From Thelocarpon superellum (lineage: Eukaryota), in assembly GCA_026025795.1 (NCBI GenBank), contig JAPEUG010000012.1, positions 1 through 64,000 on the forward strand: a DNA stretch of 64,000 bases, given 5' to 3'. A model generated the notes under the pieces. It saw nothing but the letters and a program-made list of their open reading frames with translations, did no database searches and was not told the origin of the DNA. Made by a program: the position numbers and the translations under genes. The stretch's first letter is position 1; each line of letters begins with the position of its first letter. Shown one piece after another: positions 59,971 to 64,000 of this stretch.

Positions 59971-62900
59971 CTACGATGACGAAACGGGAACGGGCCGCTC
60001 GCCCTCCGTGGGCGTGGGCGGGATGGGCCCACGGCAGGACTTATGCCCGATCCCACTTCCCTTGCCACTCCCATCCACGTCATCATTGCCGTCTGGCTCC
60101 GTCGGCCTGGGTCGCGCCGCGGGTGCCGCCTTCCGCGCCGCGCTCGCCGTCGCCTCCCCGGACGCCTTTCGCTCCGGCGGCGGCATCGACTTGGATCCGT
60201 TGGCGCGCGCCGGGCTGGCGAGCACGTCGCCCGGTCGATCGGACGAATGCGCGGGCGACGCGCTCTGCTGCGAGTTCGGGCGCGGCGAGATCCGTCCATT
60301 CTATGCGAGCGAGCATCGTTAGCGGCGGGCCGACCACGCACCGCGCAAGCGACGGAGGAGAGCACTGACCTGTTTCGCCCATCGGAGCCCGCAGCTGTTA
60401 CAGAGATCCCGACTGCCGCTCGGCCCACGTCGCCACTCCGGCGTCACGCGCGTGTGGCAGTTGGCGCAGTCCTTCTGCATCTGGCCCGCGCCCTTTCGTC
60501 GCTTGCGTTTCTTCTTGGACGAGAGCAGGCTCTGCAGCTCCTCGGCCAGCAGCCGATTCCGCTTCTCCATCTGCCGCAGCTCAAACTGCCAGCTCGTGCT
60601 GCGCGTCGTCTTGAGCTCGTCAAACACGTTTTCGTCCGACGCGAGCGCCACGTCCTGCGAGCCGATGGGCAAGCCTCCGCCCCCGGGCGTCGTCATCACC
60701 CGCACCGCCTGCGCGCTTCCCGTCTGCGAGCCCGCGGACGAGCCGGTCGACTTGGGGCCCGGGCCGCTGTTGGGCGTCGACGCCGCCGAGCCGCTCTCGG
60801 CCTTGGTGGCCTTGGTGGCGTTGCCGTTGCCGTTGCCGTTGCCGTGGGCGTTGGCACTGGCATTGGCGTTGGCGTTGGCGTTGGCGTTGGCGTTGAGCGC
60901 GGCGAGCGAGCGCGAGAGCTTGAGCAAGCGGGTCTGCGCCACCAGGAACGTGGGCTTCTGGCCCTCGGCCGCGTCGCCCGGGTAGATGGTCGTCTGCGCC
61001 TGCAGCACCTGCCCGCGCTTGTTCTGCATCTCGTGCTTGAACTGCGCCCGCTTGCCCGTGCGCGCCATCTCCAGCACCCGGCCAAACTCCTTCTTCGAGT
61101 CCGAACGCATCAGCGCCTGCACGCTGGTGCCCACCAGATCGTCCGGTAGCCGGTCCAGCAGCGTCTTGACGTTGGACGAGACGTACAGGAACATGCCCGA
61201 GGTCGACATCTTCGTCCACAGCTCGTTCTCGCCGATGCCGCCCGCGGCCACGATGTCGCTGCGCGCCAGCGCGTACACCGGTCGCTCGCGCCCCACCAAG
61301 ATGATGCACTTCCGCCCCTTGCCCTGCTCCGTGTGCAGCGAGCCGTGACTCTCGAACCACGTGTACCCGCTGTGCTTCCGCCGGATGCGGAACACCACGT
61401 TGACCGCCATCCCCGTCGACGTGTCCTTGAGCTCGCGCGTCACCGGCACGATGTCGCTGGGATGGCAGACCGACGACAGCGCCGTCCCCACCAGCTCCGA
61501 CGAGTCGTACTCGAGCACCTTCCGGCTCGAGGGCGACAGATACAGGAAGAGGCCTTTGAGCGACAGCACGTGCACCACGTCGTCCGTGTTCTCCAGCAGC
61601 ACCTTGTCCCAGATGCGCTTCGACAGCTCCGACTCGCCCGTGCCGATGGTGCCGAGCACAGTCGAGACGTCGTCGCGCGGGATCGTCTGTCCCAGCTCGA
61701 CCTGGCTCCGGCTGTTATCTGGCGTCGTCCACACGTACCGCGGCAAGAAGCCGCGTTGATAGTTGATGGCATATGACCCGTCTGCATCGTCGTCAGCGCA
61801 TGCCCCCTTCCTTCCTCCGCGACGCGCCCGTCCGCGCCACCTACCGGGATTCTTGTTCGTCACCGATTGCGGCGTCTCGACCAGATCGACCTGGAAGCCG
61901 ACAAAGTACCTAATCTCGTCGGAGTCCCAGGTGATGGGGATGATGGTCAGGAGATTCATAAAGGGTTGCCCGCCCTTGCGGTAGTTGATGAGCGACGTTT
62001 GCGCCTCGCGACGCTCTCGAATCTTGTTCTTCAGGTGCAGGACGAAGTCATCGTCAACGTACTTCCGCTTGACGCCCGACTGTACCTTCCCGTCCGGCGC
62101 TTGCAGGAAGCGACAGTTTCGGCCGAGGATCTCATGCTTGGTGTAGCCGGTGAGTCGCTCGAAGATGTCCGAGCAGTAGATGATGGGGAGATCGTGCGAG
62201 GTGACGTCGCACACGACAAAGGCGCATGACATGTCGACGGCGCCGATGTTGATCTCGGGGTTCGGCCGGGTGGCGACGCGCATCTAGCGGGGGTGTCAGT
62301 CAGGTGGGGAGGGGGGGCTCGCCTCCTGCCTCCATGACGCGTACGCACCAGCACGCTGAGCATGTCAAAGCCACTGGCGGAGTAGATGCCCTTGAATTTC
62401 TTGGTGATCTCTGGATCTTGTGCAGGGGGCACGGGCCCAATCGGTTCTGTCGCGTTGGCTCCTGTCAGCGACGTGTCCCACGAGGAGGTCCGGATCTGCG
62501 TCATCGAGTCTTGCATCGTAATCCACTGACCTGACTCCGGCGGCGCTATCGCCTCTCCGGGGGCCACGAGGCCATTCGAGGCGTCGAGGGCCACCGAGGC
62601 GGAGGGGTGGAAAGGGGCGTGCGGTGTCGGGGCTCGGTCGCTAGAACTCTCCCGTGCCCGGGTCGACTCCTCCGCAGCGACCCGGTGGGTGGCCGGGGGA
62701 TGCATCTGGTCGGACATGTGTAAGGCGGGCATCTTGTTCATGACATCCTGCTCGCTGTTCTCCTCCATGGCCGAGATGGGGTGCGGGTTCAGGGGGTTGG
62801 ATCGCGCCGGTTCCATGGGCGGCGGAGGGGCGGCAAAGTCGGGATGCAGGGGCGAGAAGTGTGGATCCGACAGGCGATGTCGCAGCGGCGGCGGCGGCGG

Positions 62901-63560
62901 CGGGGCGAAGTGGTTCATGGGCGTGATCTCGCCGCTGGACGTGCCGTCGAGGCCGCCAGGGGGAAAATCGAGGGACATAGACGTGGCCAGGCCCGCGGAC
63001 AGGCCGGTATAGCCCGCGCCACTCATGGCGAGGGGATCGGACTGGAGCGCAGCTTGATAGGCGGCGACATGGGGCGAATTGTTGAAGGTGGGGCCGAGCC
63101 GAGCGAAGCGCGTGTCGAGCGCAAGCTCGTGGGAGGAGGGCCGTCGGAGGCGGGGGTGGGTCGGGGCGAGGGTGGGCGTGCTGGGCCCACTGGGGTGGAT
63201 GGGACCGGCGTCTGGGATAGGGGACGGATCGAAGGCGTATCCGTCGAGGTCCCCCTGGTGGCCTGCGCCGAATTCCAACACGCCGCCGGGCCGCGCATCA
63301 CCATTGGAGCGAGGGGGGACGCGGCCATAGGGCGGTTGCATGCTCCGCCGTCGTTGAATCTCCTTTTGGTTCTGCAAGACGATGTCGTCCAAGGTGTCGC
63401 CACCCACCATGCCGGCGGCAGTGGAGCCATCGTCGACGCCCGTCATGGCCATCAGGTTGGCGGGCGAATGCATCGCGCCATCCCGCATGCGTTGCAGGTC
63501 GGCCTCGGTGAGCTGATTGGCATAAAAGTCCTCCATGTATGCGACGTTGAGCTCTTCCAT
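59971..63560 (-). CDS. wc-1: Blue-light photoreceptor White Collar-1 (LOV, two PAS, GATA Zn finger); start at 63560 or 63536
   Basis: [24 protein letters not shown] domains, [44 protein letters not shown]. Confidence 0.97.
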
Positions 63561-64000
63561 CGAGCGCGGAAGGGAGGAAGACGGCGCACCGACTCCGGAC
63601 CCAGCTCGTCGGGTCTGACGTTGTACGTGACCCGTAGGCAGGTCGGGACGGGGGTCATTGGACAGCACGTGCAAGGGAGTCGTCGTCCGGTGTAAGTTAT
63701 GTTGGTGGCGGTGCTAGGTCGTGGGTCAATGGTGAATGCTGAAGACAGCCGGGGGGTGAGAGATTCCCTGATGTTACCTATGCAAGCCCGTCCGACGCTC
63801 GTCGAGTCGCACCACGAGACGGGGAGCAGGATGAGAGCTCGCGCCTGAGTCGTCCGAGGTGAGGTGGAGTCGTGCTCGACCGACGGCGAGCACGCGGGCA
63901 AGCACGCGGGCCTGGCTACGAGGGCGGTGGGGGGCGAAGAAATGGCTCAAGCGTCGGGGCCGATGGCCATGCCGCGCCGTGGGGCCAGTGCCACGCGAGA

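Overview
GC-rich, intron-containing chromosomal DNA from a filamentous ascomycete (Pezizomycotina, inferred from GT(A/G)NGT..CTRAC..YAG introns and gene content). About 23 mostly single-copy protein genes lie in this order: DAM1, UBP8, YTP1-like, EFM5 (largely missed by the ORF track), a divergent Con7-like C2H2 gene, LACTB2-like, NDUFA9, RPN9, GAA1, RBD2, ACO1, BUD20, MOG1, SprT/HMG (GCNA-like), GH72 GEL/GAS, FKS1, LCB1, GH17, a secreted DUF4097-like protein, RSC1/2, OTU1, a Ras-like GTPase and WC-1. There is also one intron-containing tRNA-Ser(TGA). I saw no transposon, CRISPR array or rRNA. Most notable: (1) an unidentified ~360-nt structured element between BUD20 and MOG1 with Pol III-like signals and a linker-free four-way junction; (2) a GEL-FKS1-LCB1-GH17 beta-glucan neighbourhood with a MEF2/Rlm1-type site; (3) Thr in place of the echinocandin hot-spot Ser of Fks1; (4) two CBC:HapX-type sites upstream of aconitase. 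Gene names come from recognising motifs by eye, and exon boundaries were read by hand; no database search was run.
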